This document shows, one piece after another, positions 29,620 through 43,083 of a stretch of 64,000 bases of DNA. Within the stretch, counting starts at the first letter, position 1, and every line of letters starts with the position of its first letter. Location: positions 37,882,001-37,946,000 of the forward strand of contig OX597824.1 in the NCBI GenBank assembly GCA_951406725.2. The letters are read 5' to 3'. Position numbers and translations under genes: made by a program. The stretch comes from Octopus vulgaris (taxonomy: Eukaryota). The notes under the pieces were generated by a model. The model did not search any database, had not been told where the DNA came from, and saw nothing but the letters and a program-made list of their open reading frames with translations.

Positions 29620-31290
29620 TTGAATTTTGATTCTCATAATATGAAGACTTTCTTTGCCAATCTGAGAGAAGTATACGATCCCAGAAAGATGGAAACTCTC
29701 TATGAGGAGTAACGATGCCATCATAAGATGATATCATAAAATGCTAAAACACTTTAGGGAGTTATTTAGCAAATCCTCGAGATTTTCTCCTGAATTTTCG
29801 GACTGTAGCCTACAAATTCTGGAGGATGCTAGTTTCCACCTATTCTCGAATATGGAGGAATTTAATAATTACTGTCTGTGAGATAACATAAGGAAAAGCT
29901 TCTGGTATTTACAGTTTCCTCATATAAGTCTGTAAACATGCTGGGAAGGAATTACTCTATAGACTTCTCCAACTATTCAGGCAATGCTGTAGCCTCCTAC
30001 AACTATACAACTAAATAGAGATGGTCACCATTTGCAAACGGAAGGCTGATAGACAGAATTGTGGAAATTACTGGGGATTTTCCCTTCTCTCAATTGCATG
30101 GAAAAACTATCAAAAAAACAGCTCAAGAAATTATTTAAAATACCTAAGTTACTGTGGATTTTGTATGTCTAGAAGCATGAATGATATGATTTTTGCAAGA
30201 AAAGTCTATAGGAGAACGCAACCCACTTTACAAAGACTTTTGCTCGTGTGGGAAGTGAAGGCTTATGGATTCTTTTCAAAAGAAATGGATGCTCAGACAA
30301 ATTGGTGAAGATTGTGAAGCAATTTCATAAATGTATATCAGTCGCAGTCTCTCTTGGAAGCAATAAAAAGGTCCCCTTTTCAGACATTCATGGAGTAAAA
30401 CAAGGCTGTGTATTTGCTCTAACATTATTTGTTCTATATCTGCGTAGTATGTATATCGGGTGTATATCCACATGAGAGTGGATAATGGCTTGTTGAACAT
30501 ATCTACCCTGTGGTCCACCAGGAAGTACCACAAGATGTGCATTTACGAACTGGTGACTCACTCCCTAGAAGATATCCAGAAGATACTACAAATCTAAACC
30601 CGATTGTTGGAACATGAAACACCATCCATTGCGGATGCAAGTCGACTTCAAAATGAAAAAAATCATATTTTAGACAGTATGTTTTCTGACGATAAAAGCC
30701 TGGCGGTGGTGATGGAATGCGCCCTATTTTGGAAAGTTCAATGATTGATTTGGGAAAGGTGACACTAAACTGTCAACAAAATACAAAGTTCACTGAGCAG
30801 CAGTGTCCTGCACTGCATCGGCGACATAAAAAAAGACGATGTGAACATTTCTTGGAGAAACGTCATGAACCGAGGTGTGCAGTTTTCAAATATGCCTAGT
30901 ATTGCGTTTATTGTGATGAATTTGCAGTTGCTTTCAATGGGACATGAAAGCGTTAGGATTCCCAAGGCTGTGATTTGCAGTGAACTGAAATATGAAAGCT
31001 GTTAAAGGCAGAGCAAGAAACTCCGTTGTAAGGATGCTATCAAACATCTCAATGCAACGCTCTGATTGCAACTGCATGAGAGACTACGGTGACTAATTGC
31101 AAATAACGGCGGATAGCTATAAAGGTATGAACTAATTCAGAATCAAACTGGATGAAACAACAGCAAGTGAAAGAGAAAGCACAAGAACAAGAATCACTAC
31201 AAAAGAATTAGACACAACATCCTATAATATCTGTGTCAGATTTTAACCTATAACTTTGGTCTACAATCTCATAAAAGAACAAAGCATTGT
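29620..31290 (+). mobile_element. RTE-clade LINE fossil
   Basis: KRKADRQNCGNYWGFSLLSIA and GVKQGCVFALTLF motifs; many stops. Confidence 0.8.
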
Positions 31291-33996
31291 TGATGAATTC
31301 ACTTACTACACGTGTGGCTGTGTTTGTATAGCTAAAATAAATGTCTTCCTACCAAGTCATACGCGATTACGAATGACACCTAAGAATGTATGCTTACACA
31401 CACACACACGCGTTAGGAAGGGCATCCAGTTGTAGAAACATTGCCAGATCAGACTGGGCCTAGTACAGCCTTCTGGCTTCCCAGACCCCAGTTGAACCGT
31501 CCAACCCATGCCAGCATGGAAAGCGGACGCTAAACGATGATGATGATGATGATGATGATGTTGTGTCTGGGGAGAGTAATTTTCTTTTTGTGCCTTTTTA
31601 CATATGAAAACTTTTCAGTAAAATGTGATTCTCTCTCTCTTTCTTTATATGTGTGTATGAGTGCATTATGCTTGTTATACATTTTATTCACTTTACATAA
31701 AGTAAGAGTAGGACAGGGACAAAAACAGATAGAGAGATAAGAAACGTTTCTATTGATAGTGTTATAATATAAGTGTACCAACCTCTTTTAATCAATTGAC
31801 TATAGCTATTAAAAACCTTAATGCAGTCTGACACTCCACTAAGTGAGTGAAATGAGCTGTGTCTTTGAGTGGCACTTTATTGTTTGATCGAATGTCTATG
31901 TGAGTAAATCTTTTTGATTATAGTTGACAAGATGGGGCAAAAGTAGACATGTACAAATAAAGTGAAGAAGTACTGGAAACAAGAAAACGTTGGACTTCTG
32001 ACAAGAAGAACGTATCAAGACCATAATATCTCCATTATTACTGTCTTGCAAGTTCCTTCAGCCAATAATAACAAAACGGTCAATAGACTTACTTCTTCAA
32101 TTCTAATGTAGAATTACGAAAAGGAATCTAATTTATAAACTACATGTGTGTAATACTCATCAAAATTTAAGGGATTATTTGGGTCCTCTTCCTGCTTCAA
32201 GCCTTGCTCCATTTTTTTCTGGTTTCATTTTGTTTTCTATAATTCTTTTCACCTCAAACTTCATTTGTTTCTTCTAGATCATCTTATTGTTTTCCAGCAT
32301 TGTGCTCCATTTTACATTGAGTATTGACTTTTTATAATAATGTTTGTCTTTTTTTATGGAATCTTTTATGAAGTCAAACAGTTTCTCTGTGACTGAGGGG
32401 ATTTTTTTGACTTGGAGTTACCAATCGTAAATTTGAAAAGCCAGGACATCACTTCTTCACTCTTAAGCTCTCAATCCCTCACTTTCTATTATTTTAATTA
32501 ATTTTATCAAACACTTTGTTATTTTTCTACTCAATCACATTATTTCTTCCCTTTGAATCTAATAAAACTGAAAGAGCTTCACTATGTTACTCAGACCAAA
32601 CAGTGATGTATCCAGTGGATATACTCAGCAACCATCTTAGCGCCAAGCTGGCAGAGAAGACAGACACAATAGTGTTAGTGAGAGAAATGATTGTGGATAC
32701 TGATTCAGGTAAACACAATGACTAAGATAAAAGGTGGAGATACCTGAACAGCTAAACACAATGTTTTAATTTAGTGAAGCTTTACTGTTTACTGTTTTTA
32801 ACAGACAGAAATGAAGACAAGGAATAATGAGGTGAGTAATGGAGTGAGAGAAGCTGGAGAGTGAGGAAGTTGGCACCTGAGTATAAAGATGTGAACAGGT
32901 GGCACTCCACTGGTTATGACAAGTGTTCCAATTGATCCAATCAGTGGAACAGCCTGCTCATGAAATTAACATGCAAGTGACTGAGCACTCCACAGATATA
33001 CTCTTTACTCTTTTACTTGTTTCAGTCACTTGACTGTGGCCATGCTGGAGCACCGCCTTTTTAGTCGAGCAAATCGACCACAGGACTTATTCTTTGTAAG
33101 CCTAGTACTTATTTTATCAGTCTCTTTTGCCGAACTGCTAAGTTACAGGGACGTAAACACACCAGCATTGGTTGTCAAGCGATGTTGGGGGGGACAAACA
33201 CAGACACACAAACATATACACACACACGCACACACATATATATATACGACGGGCTTCTTTCAGTTTCCGTCTACCAAATCTACTCAAAAGGCTTTGGTCG
33301 ACCTGAGGCTATAGTAGAAGACACTTGTCCAAGGTGCCATACGGTGGGACTGAACCTAGAACCATGTGGTTGGTAAGCAAGCTACTTACCACACAGCCAC
33401 TCCTACGCCAATACATACTTTTAATGTACTTCTCAAGGAGATTCAGTGTGACACAGAATGTGACAAAGTTGGCTCTTTGAATTACAGGTACAGCTCATTT
33501 TTACCAGCTGAGAGCAACATGAAATAAAGTGTCTTGCTCAAGGACATAAAACACCACCTTATGACCATGAGCCAAATAGCCTAACCACTAAGCCATACAC
33601 CTTTGTTATGTGACTTACTGCTTTTTCAAATATACAAAAGACTATGTATACACTACAACACACATATGCATGCCACTATGTACACAACAACACATACACA
33701 ATTACACATACATGTACACACACAACTATCCATACACTATTACATGCACTACACTACAAATACAAGTACATACGAGGGTTGGCAACAGGTAGAGCATCCA
33801 GCCATAAAAATATGCTTCAATGAATTTAATCCAACCCATACAAATATGGAAAAGTGGACATTAAAATGAAGATAATGATGATACATATTTGTATGTCCAG
33901 ATTTAGCTCAGCTGCTCAAATGGTCACTGCTCTTTGCCACTACATACTCCTTGGAATTGAAAATTCTATGGAAGTAATTATAACAAATATAACATC

Positions 33997-34002
33997 TTTA
34001 TT
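33997..34002 (-). terminator. Candidate polyadenylation signal (AATAAA) of COA8
   Basis: TTTATT on the plus strand, about 94 nt downstream of the COA8 stop codon. Confidence 0.5.
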
Positions 34003-34095
34003 AAACATATTTATAAATAAGACTTGTTTGATTCTTAATACAAGAAATCAAAGAAAATAATCTTTGCTAAAAAAAAAGTCTGGCAGTTTTTCAGT

Positions 34096-34186
34096 TCAGT
34101 TTTTCAATCTTGCTTTTTTAAAGAGATTATGAACAGCAACCTTCAGGGCTGGCCAAAGTAGAAAGATGTTCTTTTTATACCATGCT
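34096..34186 (-). CDS. COA8: COA8/APOPT1 exon 4 (last coding exon)
   Basis: Acceptor ccctttcag; phase completes Arg then AWYKKNIFLLWPALKVAVHNLFKKARLKN-TGA; matches human RDWYKRNF...GKVAL. Confidence 0.92.
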
Positions 34187-34939
34187 CTGAAAGGGAGAAA
34201 TGTATACCAATAAAATTATTTAAAACAGGAATTAATTGTATTTATATATAAAAGAATATCAACATTTTTTTTCAACCTAAATCCCACTTCTTGTCTTTAA
34301 ACCCCTTTGTCTAGCTTTCAAGATTATCCACAAAGTTAGGGTCCCACACTGTTCTACAAGTTACTAACACTAGAAGTGATAAATCAATGTACTAAACAAT
34401 GAATAGTTTAATATCATTTAAGCAATGCCCCTGATATGAAGTACAATATGGTATAGCACCCACATCAGTGGCAGGTTGTACAAATGAAAGTCACCCCTTC
34501 TGTCCATAGACTGGATGGCACTTTGGACAAGTGCTAGGAACCCTTTAGCACTCCCATGCCAGGGATACAGAGAAGTTGTCAGTAGCAGGTTGTTGGACCA
34601 ATGGCTTGAAGGTTATTGTGACCAAGTGGAAGATCTATAACATTAAACAAAGGTTAGGCATCAACTAGCAAGGAAGCTGCTACTGTGGGACAGCCTAATT
34701 GTCAACCATGCTTGTTGCACTCTTGTACACCACTTGGTACCCAGTGTAGAGACCAGAGAAGCAGTCCATTGGGGGAACAATATCAACTGCCTTCACTCAC
34801 TGTCCAAAGGTGATTTTCTCAGCTCCTGCCAAACTGTCCAATGCACGCCAGAATGGAAAATGGATGTTAAATAATGATGATGATGATAAGGCAACAATAT
34901 TAGCATTTGATATGTAGCTTCTCTTGGGCTCATGACCAC

Positions 34940-35520
34940 TACATCTTGAAGGCCATGCTTTCACATTCCAAGAGGAGAAAGTTACAAAATATCTTATGAA
35001 CAAATCAAACAGCAAAGCCTTTAAAAATACACAAATGTCAATCAAGTCAGTCTTTTGTGGACAACATAACACCAGTTGCCAAAATTTTCATCAAGATACT
35101 ATACTTCCCATCATGATATGATGATGTTGCTAAAATAATATACAAAGCCATCTTCCAATTAAAACTGCCCAGAGGTTTGTATACACAATAGCACTACTAC
35201 TGAATACATGTATACACATCAATACAAGAAATATTGGTGGCACATTCCCATCAAAACTTCTATCAAGTGCAAGCGTAAGTCTTGACACAGTCACGGAGAT
35301 AGGTTGCCCTGCAGATGTGATCATCTCTTCCAAAATCATTGAGAAGAATACTTATGGACAACTGTTTGGAAACCCTGATTATAAATTTACATTCATACCA
35401 ATAATCATTGATACACTCAGTTATGTTAGTAAATGGGAGAAGCTAAGATTTGCAAGCAAAGAAAGTGAATGGATAATGAACATTTAAAGACAATCTGCTA
35501 AATGGGAAAGTAAAAATATT
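34940..35520 (+). mobile_element. Fossil 3' end of a restriction-like-endonuclease non-LTR retrotransposon (R4/NeSL-like)
   Basis: Remnants of a zinc-knuckle/RHD region (YDDVAKIIYK), YWWHIPIKTS, EIGCPAD...EK..YGQL, and PDYKFTFIPIII. Confidence 0.55.
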
Positions 35521-35647
35521 GCAAGAGTCTCTCTAAATTTGATACATAAAAACCATCATTATTGTTATCCCAACACTAATTGATGTAACAATTGTTTCTT
35601 TGTTAGAAGCCAGTTCCCTCCTTCTAGAAAGGAGACTAACAAATATA

Positions 35648-35881
35648 ATTCTGTTGTGTCTGGGGAGAGTCATTTTCTTTTTGTGCCTTATAACACACTC
35701 ACTGGTAAAATTTCCACTTATTTCTTATTTTTATTTTCCTAAAATTTTCGTTGCGTCTTACAACCTTTTCAAGAGTCAAGACTATTGAAAAGGTTGCAAG
35801 AAATAAGTGGTAGTTTTACCGGTGAGTGTGTTACATTATAAGGCACAAAAAGACAATGACTCACCCCAGACACAACAGAAT
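35648..35881. repeat. Fold-back inverted repeat in COA8 intron 3 with a hammerhead-like U3:A8 motif near its centre
   Basis: TTCTGTTGTGTCTGGGGAGAGTCATT... is mirrored by ...AATGACTCACCCCAGACACAACAGAA. Minus strand at about 35739-35775 reads TTGAAAA-G GTTGT aagac GCAAC GAAA ATTT TAG. Confidence 0.8.
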
Positions 35882-36183
35882 ATGCTTCAACACACGAACT
35901 CATATAAAGAATCTTGCAAACCAAAGATGGTACCAGATGCAAGTTAAGTTATCTCACTTGTCTATGACTTCAAGGTGTTTTTAACACCAGGCGCATTGAT
36001 AAGAATATATTTTCTTATGCCTATAAGCACAGCCTGCTCACAAACTAGCAAAACACATACCTTATATGTGTGTGTTTGATATTGTTTATGTCCCTCAAGC
36101 TGCTTTTAATCCACATTTGAACTAACAAAGATGTTATATAACACTCAATAATAATCTAAGCAGAAATAAAATATTAAACTAAC

Positions 36184-36335
36184 CTGTGATATTTCAAATT
36201 ATTCTGATAATTTTCTTCCAGGAACTGTTTATAAAACACAGCCATTTCTTCAGGAGACAAACTTTTCTTATTTTTGTTGTCAGAATCTATTTGCTTTTTC
36301 CTTTCTAATTCCATGTGCATAAACTGAGCTTTTCT
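36184..36335 (-). CDS. COA8: COA8/APOPT1 exon 3
   Basis: Acceptor tttctttcag, donor gttagt; RKAQFMHMELERKKQIDSDNKNKKSLSPEEMAVFYKQFLEENYQNNLKYH matches human LNAEEMADFYKEFLSKN; 152 nt, phase-compatible with its neighbours. Confidence 0.94.
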
Positions 36336-37938
36336 CTGAAAGAAATTTTATATAAATTGGCTAAGTTTTTGTATGAATATCTCACAAGAAAAAAAGTGAT
36401 AGGAAGCAACATAGAAAGGGTGAATCTTTGTAGAGATAAAGTGAATCAGTGGATACTGTGTTGTGTCTGCAGCAAATGTTTTATTGAGTCTCAAAGTGGA
36501 TCTTTTAATTCTTATTCCACTTAGCTATAGACAATAGATCACAATAAATACCAAGTTTTGGGAGACATTAACTGTTAAACTTTAGAAATTTCCCTAGAGA
36601 ATTATATCATTCACTCACCTCTCTCTCTTCTCTTCGCCCTTTTCAAACCTAGCCAGGCTCATAGGCCTGGTTTCCCGGTTTCTATGGCGTATGTGTTCAC
36701 CCCAGGTGGATGGGACACCAGTCCATCGCAGTGTTACTCAAGAAACAGGAAGAAAAAGTGAGAGAAAAATGGGGCGAAAGAGTACAACAGGGGTCGCCAC
36801 CATCCCCTGCTGGAGCCTCATGGAGCTTTAGGTGTTTTCGCTCAATAAACACACACAACGCCCGGTCTTAGAATCGAAACCGCGATCCTCTGACCACAAG
36901 TCCGCTGCCCTAACCACTGGCATTGCGCCTCCACATACCAAAAACAAATAATTCACTCTTAAACATTTAAGTTTTTTAAAAGAGTGAATTTTATCAGATA
37001 TCTTATATCTTTGACTTGTTTCAGCCATTGGACAGTGGCCATGCTGGAGCATAACCTTGACAGTCTAGTCAAACAAATCAATCCCAGTACTTATATTTTT
37101 TTTAACCTGGTACTTATTCTACTGGTCTCCTTTTGCTGAACTGCTAAGTTATGGAGACATAAACAAACCAATACCAGTTGTTAAGCAGTGGTGGAATCAA
37201 ACAGAAACATATATCTACCTTCATTAAATCATTCCAAATACAATAATACCATCACTGTTGAGAAAGATTTGGCTGCTATTTCTAGTAGGTTGAGCAACTG
37301 CATAGCAGACCTGTCACTGACTGGCACTTCGTCAGTTACAACAAGGGTTCAAGTTGATCCGATCAATGGAACAACCTGCTCATGAGATTAACATGCAACT
37401 GGCTGAGTACTCCACAGACATGCATACCTTTAACATAGTTCTCAGAGAAATTCAGTGTAACACAGAATTTGACAAGGCTGACCCATTGAAATACAAGTAC
37501 TACTCATTTTTGCCAGCTCAGTGGACCAGAGCAACATGAAAATAAAGTGTCTTGCACAAGGACACAACACATCACCAGGAATCAAACTCAAAACCTTACA
37601 ACCGTGAGCCAATTTACCGCAACCACTGAGGTATGTGCCTTCACAATATATTTGTATGCAATTTTGTTTGAGTGTAATGTAACTTATATATTAGCAGGAG
37701 AAGATGGGGGTGAGATACTTGTCAACATTGAAGGGAAGACAGATAACAAGACAAAACTATCTAAAATCTATAAATGGAAAATAACTGTGTTAGGCAACTT
37801 AGATAAGATATATTAGATCACTGGACAACCATTGCTTGTTGTTGCAAACGGTTACATCCACACAAAAAGAGAAAAAGAAGAAAAATAACATTTGTACTAG
37901 TAATAGTCAAACTTAAGTATGACTGCATTTATTCCACA

Positions 37939-38539
37939 TCTATATATATAAAACTCAACTTGTGTGTCTGTATGTTTAACTTCCCAGCACATCTCCTCCT
38001 AGCCAACAAATCGTAGAACCACCAAAAATGGGTCACTTAAAGTTTAGGCGAATGAAAATTGAACTGTGCTATTTCTGTTCCGAAATTCATCTCGCAAGTG
38101 CAAAAATCGATAATGTGTTTGTTTAGGCCTTATCCCATGCATTGAATAGTGAACTTTACTCAGTCAGCTGTTTAACGTGAACTGTGTTCACCACGCATGC
38201 AAGCATGCGTAAATTGCATAAAAAATAAAAAATCAAGATATAAACATTGTAGAAATTCGGCAAAGAAATGAATTTTCAGGATGTAGCCAGGAGAAGGCTA
38301 ACTCTTCCGTAGAAGAAAAAATTCAAATCGGACCATGTCAAAACCAAAATTATTTACATCAAAAAGGTGCCTTTTTTCTATGAAAATCCCTATTTTTTAC
38401 GATGTTTTGACTACTGTGTCACCATTTTTCGGTGTATTTCACTTAAAGAGAATAAGCTACATACTGCCAAATTTTTACTTTTCAAAAATTCCAATTCTAA
38501 AGGGTCTAAACAAACCACAACGCCAGGAGATACTGCTAG
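37939..38539 (+). mobile_element. Non-autonomous Helitron
   Basis: A|TCTATATATATAAAA 5' end; 3' end ...CAACGCCAGGAGATACTGCTAG|T; inserted between A and T with no TSD. Confidence 0.75.
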
Positions 38540-38565
38540 TTTAAATATAAAATGCAATACTTTAC

Positions 38566-38778
38566 CTTAAAAAATGTGATATTTTGTCTTGTCCAGAAGT
38601 CATGATTAAAGGTTTGTAAATCAACTTTCTTCAGTCTCAAGTCTTTCTCTACATTTGATTCATCGGGAGGGATATAAAAGTGGGTAGGGCGTAAGTTGGA
38701 GTTTCCATCAGGTGGGCCAATCCAGTCTCGAGTGATAGATTTAGGAGGAGAGGATGAAAGTTTAAATATCTCTTTCTT
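38566..38778 (-). CDS. COA8: COA8/APOPT1 exon 2
   Basis: Acceptor tttttttag, donor gtaaag; 213 nt encoding KKEIFKLSSSPPKSITRDWIGPPDGNSNLRPTHFYIPPDESNVEKDLRLKKVDLQTFNHDFWTRQNITFFK, with the family signature DWIGPPD..SNLRP.HFYIP..ES and FW..QN..F. Confidence 0.96.
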
Positions 38779-40509
38779 CTAAAAAAATATAAAAGAAATT
38801 GATGGAGCTTTATTAGAACAATGAAAAAAAGTACAGAATGTGACAAACAGTCACATAATATTGGTTTTAAATTTTGGCATCAAGGTCAACAATTTCGGGG
38901 GAAGAGGTGAGTCGATTACATCAATCCCTGCGTTCAACTGGTACCTATTTCATCAAACCCAAAAGGATGAAAGTAAAGTCGACCTCGGCAGAATTTGAAC
39001 TCAGAAAGTAAAGATGGATCAAATGATGCTAAGCATTTCGCCCAGCATGGAAACAATTCTGCCAGCTCACCGCCTTAAAAATTACTTAATATTGATGAAG
39101 TTCGTTTAAAACTGTTGAACTTTTGGGTAAATATGTTAAAGAGTTAAGGTAATCATTGACACTTATTTCTCAGAATCTGGATATAACCGTGAAGACACAC
39201 TAATGAAAATTATTGGTAAACTACGATATTAGAACAAACCGACATATCCATCGGTTGATTTTGTACATAGAAAAGATAAATGTTCTGCCTCGAATTAGAG
39301 ACAATCAACTCCGTCAAAAGTTGAATCTGTGCAAAGGGAGATAAGTAGTTCAAGTTACATGTGCGACGTAAATGAAAACAATATTGAACGTGCAAGATAC
39401 ACTTCTATTTATTAACAGAGGAAATTATTCGATGATGAAATAAAGAATGAAATTGTATGTGCATTTCTACATTTATTTTCCCATATCAACACACATCGTA
39501 CAACTTTTGCAAATCGAAAGAGTTGCCTTTTGCTGGACCAACCATGATGGATATTTTCAGCTAGTGTGACGAAGACAAGAAGTATTATGCACTTTATCCA
39601 ATAGCTTTTATAAGTTCTGATCACAATTACATGGAGAGTTAGCTTGTCCTCTAATCTCAGAATTATAAGACACTGAACATTTTAGTTGGCAACACAGAAC
39701 TTCCTATAATGTTCTCACCTAAATTTTATTAAGCATTTTTAGAAAGACATTGTTTGTAATGTTAAAGCTAGGAGGCCCCGATCTCCATAGATAATACCTT
39801 TCGAGATATGTGATGTATTTCTTGAGAAAGTCCTTAGTATCTTTTAACGAATGTAAGTGGCATAAATTTTCACGGATTGTGTGAAACTAGAACATGCAAG
39901 GGACATAACTCTTGCTTTTTTTCATTTTTGTATTTTATTTGTAAGATTCTTGATATGAATTTCTGTGTTATATAGGGAGGGTCATTACGCCAATAATACT
40001 AAACACACACACAGTGCATGTATTTATTGTTATTGGTATAATGACCCTTCCAAGAAACAGGTCTTGATTTTTTCCCACTCATTTAAGATATTGTTGTTAC
40101 CTGTTCATCGCCATTTCATTTTGCTTAACACAAACTAAAAAAAAAAAAATTAAACACCATTTATAACAGACGAGGAACTCATGTAAATTTATACAGACTG
40201 TTAAATACTTTGAAAACTGTGTATGGTGTTTACACTACTCGACAATATCAGGACTAGGATAGATATTTCTATATTTATGCTTTCATCAGGCTTTTGATTT
40301 CATTAATTACATTAATAAGTTTCTTCAAGTACCCTGAACACACTATAAAGTGGTTGACATTCGGAAGGGCATCCAGCCATAGAAACCATGCCAAAGCTGA
40401 CACTGGGGCTTGATGCAACCCTGTGACTTGCCAAATCCAGTCAAACTGTCCAATCCATGTTTGATGATGATGATATCAAAGTTTGTATATTGTTGTATAA
40501 TGTCTACTG

Positions 40510-40707
40510 CAGTGGTTCCCAAACTTTTTAGAGTCGCGACCCACTATTTATCACACCAGTTTATGACGACCCACTTATAAGTCTTTAACTATCTCGATAG
40601 ACAGCAGTTAATCAAAGCTAATGTATAATTTTATAACTTTTTGCGACCCACTAAGATTCTGTTTGCGACCCATCTGTGGGTCGCGACTCATAGTTTGGGA
40701 ACCACTG
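40510..40707. mobile_element. hAT (Charlie-like) MITE
   Basis: TIRs CAGTGGTTCCCAAAC / GTTTGGGAACCACTG; 8-bp TSD GTCTACTG / GTCTACAG (7 of 8 match). Confidence 0.85.
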
Positions 40708-40924
40708 GTCTACAGCATTAGGTCCAATATATAGAAAGAAAATTAATCTAGGTTGAGATTATAGTTGTTAGAAAATACTTGAACCACTCAATCCAAAACT
40801 TAAGCTTCTGTAACACATTCAGGAGAGTTCATTGGAATGTTAAAATTGCCCTGTCAAGCTGTCTTGTTCTTTTTGATTCAGTAATTGATTGAACTATCAT
40901 AATAAAATACAAGATATCTTTTAA

Positions 40925-41345
40925 CTAATTCAAGAGAAGTTGTGGAAGAGAGAGACCCAAGAAGAAACAGGATGCAGTATTGAAGGCCAATCTCAAAACG
41001 CTGAACCTTACAAAGGAGATGACAGAGAACTGAGATTTGTGGCATACTGTTGTATTCAAGAAGACCCACCCAACACAACAGAATTGCGATCCTAAAATGA
41101 AGGTGCCACATAAAAAGCATTGCTGTGGGTGCTGGTGCCACATAAAAAGTACTAGTGATGGTGACATGTAAAAAGCACCCAGTACACTCTGTAAAGTGGT
41201 CAGTGTTAGGAAGGGCATCCAGCTATAGAAACCAAGCCAAAACAGTCTGTGGAACCCGGTGGTGGCCTTTAGCTTTGCCAGTTCCTGTGAAACCATCCAA
41301 CCCATGCCAGCATGGAAAACAGACATTAAATGACGATGATGATGA
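40925..41345 (+). mobile_element. RTE 3'-end-related repeat (family D) with (GAT)n tail
   Basis: AGGAAGGGCATCCAGCT.TAGAAAC...CCAACCCATGCCAGCATGGAAAA...(GAT)n. Other copies near 31410, 40330, 44080-44605, 44805-45025, 54260-54440, 54490-54880(-), 54900-55345, 56040-56482, 58050-58600(-), 60560-61130(-), 61310-61440. Confidence 0.8.
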
Positions 41346-42255
41346 AAAGAAACATGCATATCATCAGTAACAAGACTTAAATGTGAACCTCAAAGATATA
41401 AGGGATATACCTGTTTTATGTAATAAACTATAGATTATCTATTGAATTCAGAGCCAGCATTGTAAGTTACTCAGTTTTGTATATGAATATGTCTAAGTAA
41501 AAAATGTGATCAAAAACAGAAAACATAGGTGAGTGTACATGGATATTTCAAAAGATATTGCTCTCTCATCAACACTGCTTAATCTCATCTGATTATTTCA
41601 ACACCCTTTATTACATCTGTGACACCCTACCAAACAGCTGACCCTTTAGAATTCATTCTAGAACATCATTAATTACCATTTCAATATAAACAGACGTATG
41701 ACCAACCCATGTTAAATGATGATGATGATGCATTTAAGGACAATTCATTCCAAAAATTTTCAACCAAGTCCAATAGTTTACACTCCACATATTATCAATA
41801 TAAGATAAATGTATGTAATACAAACAATCTCATAACAGAAATAGTAGATAGAAGATAACAAGTATAAAGAAAAATTAAATATTCTTTTCTACTCTAGGCA
41901 CAAGGCTCAAAATTTCTGGGGAGGGAGCCAGTCGATTAGATCGACTCCAGTACGCAACTGGTACTTAATTTATCAACCCCGAAAGGATGAAAGGCAAAGT
42001 CGACCTTGTGGAATTTGAACTCAGAACATAACGGCAGACGAAATACCGCTCAGCATTTCGCCCGGTGTGCCAACGTTTCTGCCAGCACGCCGCCTTAGAA
42101 AAATTAAATATTAAAAATTCACAGACCATTCATAACTTTGACTCCCATGAAGATATAAATGCTAAAGGATAATATAAATATGACATGATATTTAACATTT
42201 CGTTTTGGGATTTGGTTTGCAAGATTATTTATATGATTTCGTGTGTTGAAGCATA

Positions 42256-42375
42256 TTCTGTTGTGTCTGGGGAGAGTCATTTTCTTTTTGTGCCTTATAA
42301 TGTAACACACTCACCGGTGAGTGTGCTACATTATAAGGCACAAAAATAAAATGACTCTCCCCAAACATGACAGAA
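42256..42375. repeat. Spacer-less palindrome (60-bp arms), same family as 35648-35881
   Basis: Centre CACACTCACC|GGTGAGTGTG at 42315/42316; the arms mirror each other with a few mismatches. Confidence 0.9.
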
Positions 42376-43083
42376 CATGATATTTAACATAAAAAATGTA
42401 TAAAATGAAGATTGAATAGATTAATTTTTTTTTTTAAATTTACTTAAACTGATGGTAAGTTTCAATCTCAGTTACATGTTATTAAAGGGAAATAACTGAG
42501 CATAGTTTCTGGCCTTAGTTCAATTATACGGGTAATTAAACTATAAAAAAGCATGTTAAGAATTTAAATGGAAAATTATAAATTGAAAGGAAGAGAAGCC
42601 ATTTTTTTCTAAATCTCTAAGGAAAACTACTTTCTTCTGCAGAATTTTCTGTTACTGAGTAGATTTAGATTCAAACCTGACTGCAGTAGCCCATTCCTTT
42701 GAAAAGTCCAAAATATAAAAAAAAAAAAAACATTATTAGAGAACTAATTCCCACCTGATTCAATATCTAAGATAAGGTGATGCATTTTCAGTTTGTGAGC
42801 TCATTTATGATCCATAAGATCCTTCTCCAGTTTTACATACATATACAGACACACAATCTTTTATTTGTTTCAGCCATTTGGGTGTGGCCATGCTGGGGCA
42901 CCACTTACACACACGCGCAGTGTGGCTGTGTGGTAAGAAGCTTGCTTTCCAACCACATGCTTCTGGGTTCAGTCCCACTGCATGGCATATTGGGCAAGTG
43001 TCTTCTACTACAGCCTCGGGCTGACCAAAGTCTTGTGAGTGAATTTGGTAGATGGAAACTGAAAGAAGCCCATCATATATACA

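Noticed and set aside
31900-32470. Lys/Glu-rich minus-strand reading downstream of COA8 (possible extra exon)
   Set aside because: Interrupted by stops, with no recognisable homology, and COA8 already terminates at 34096.
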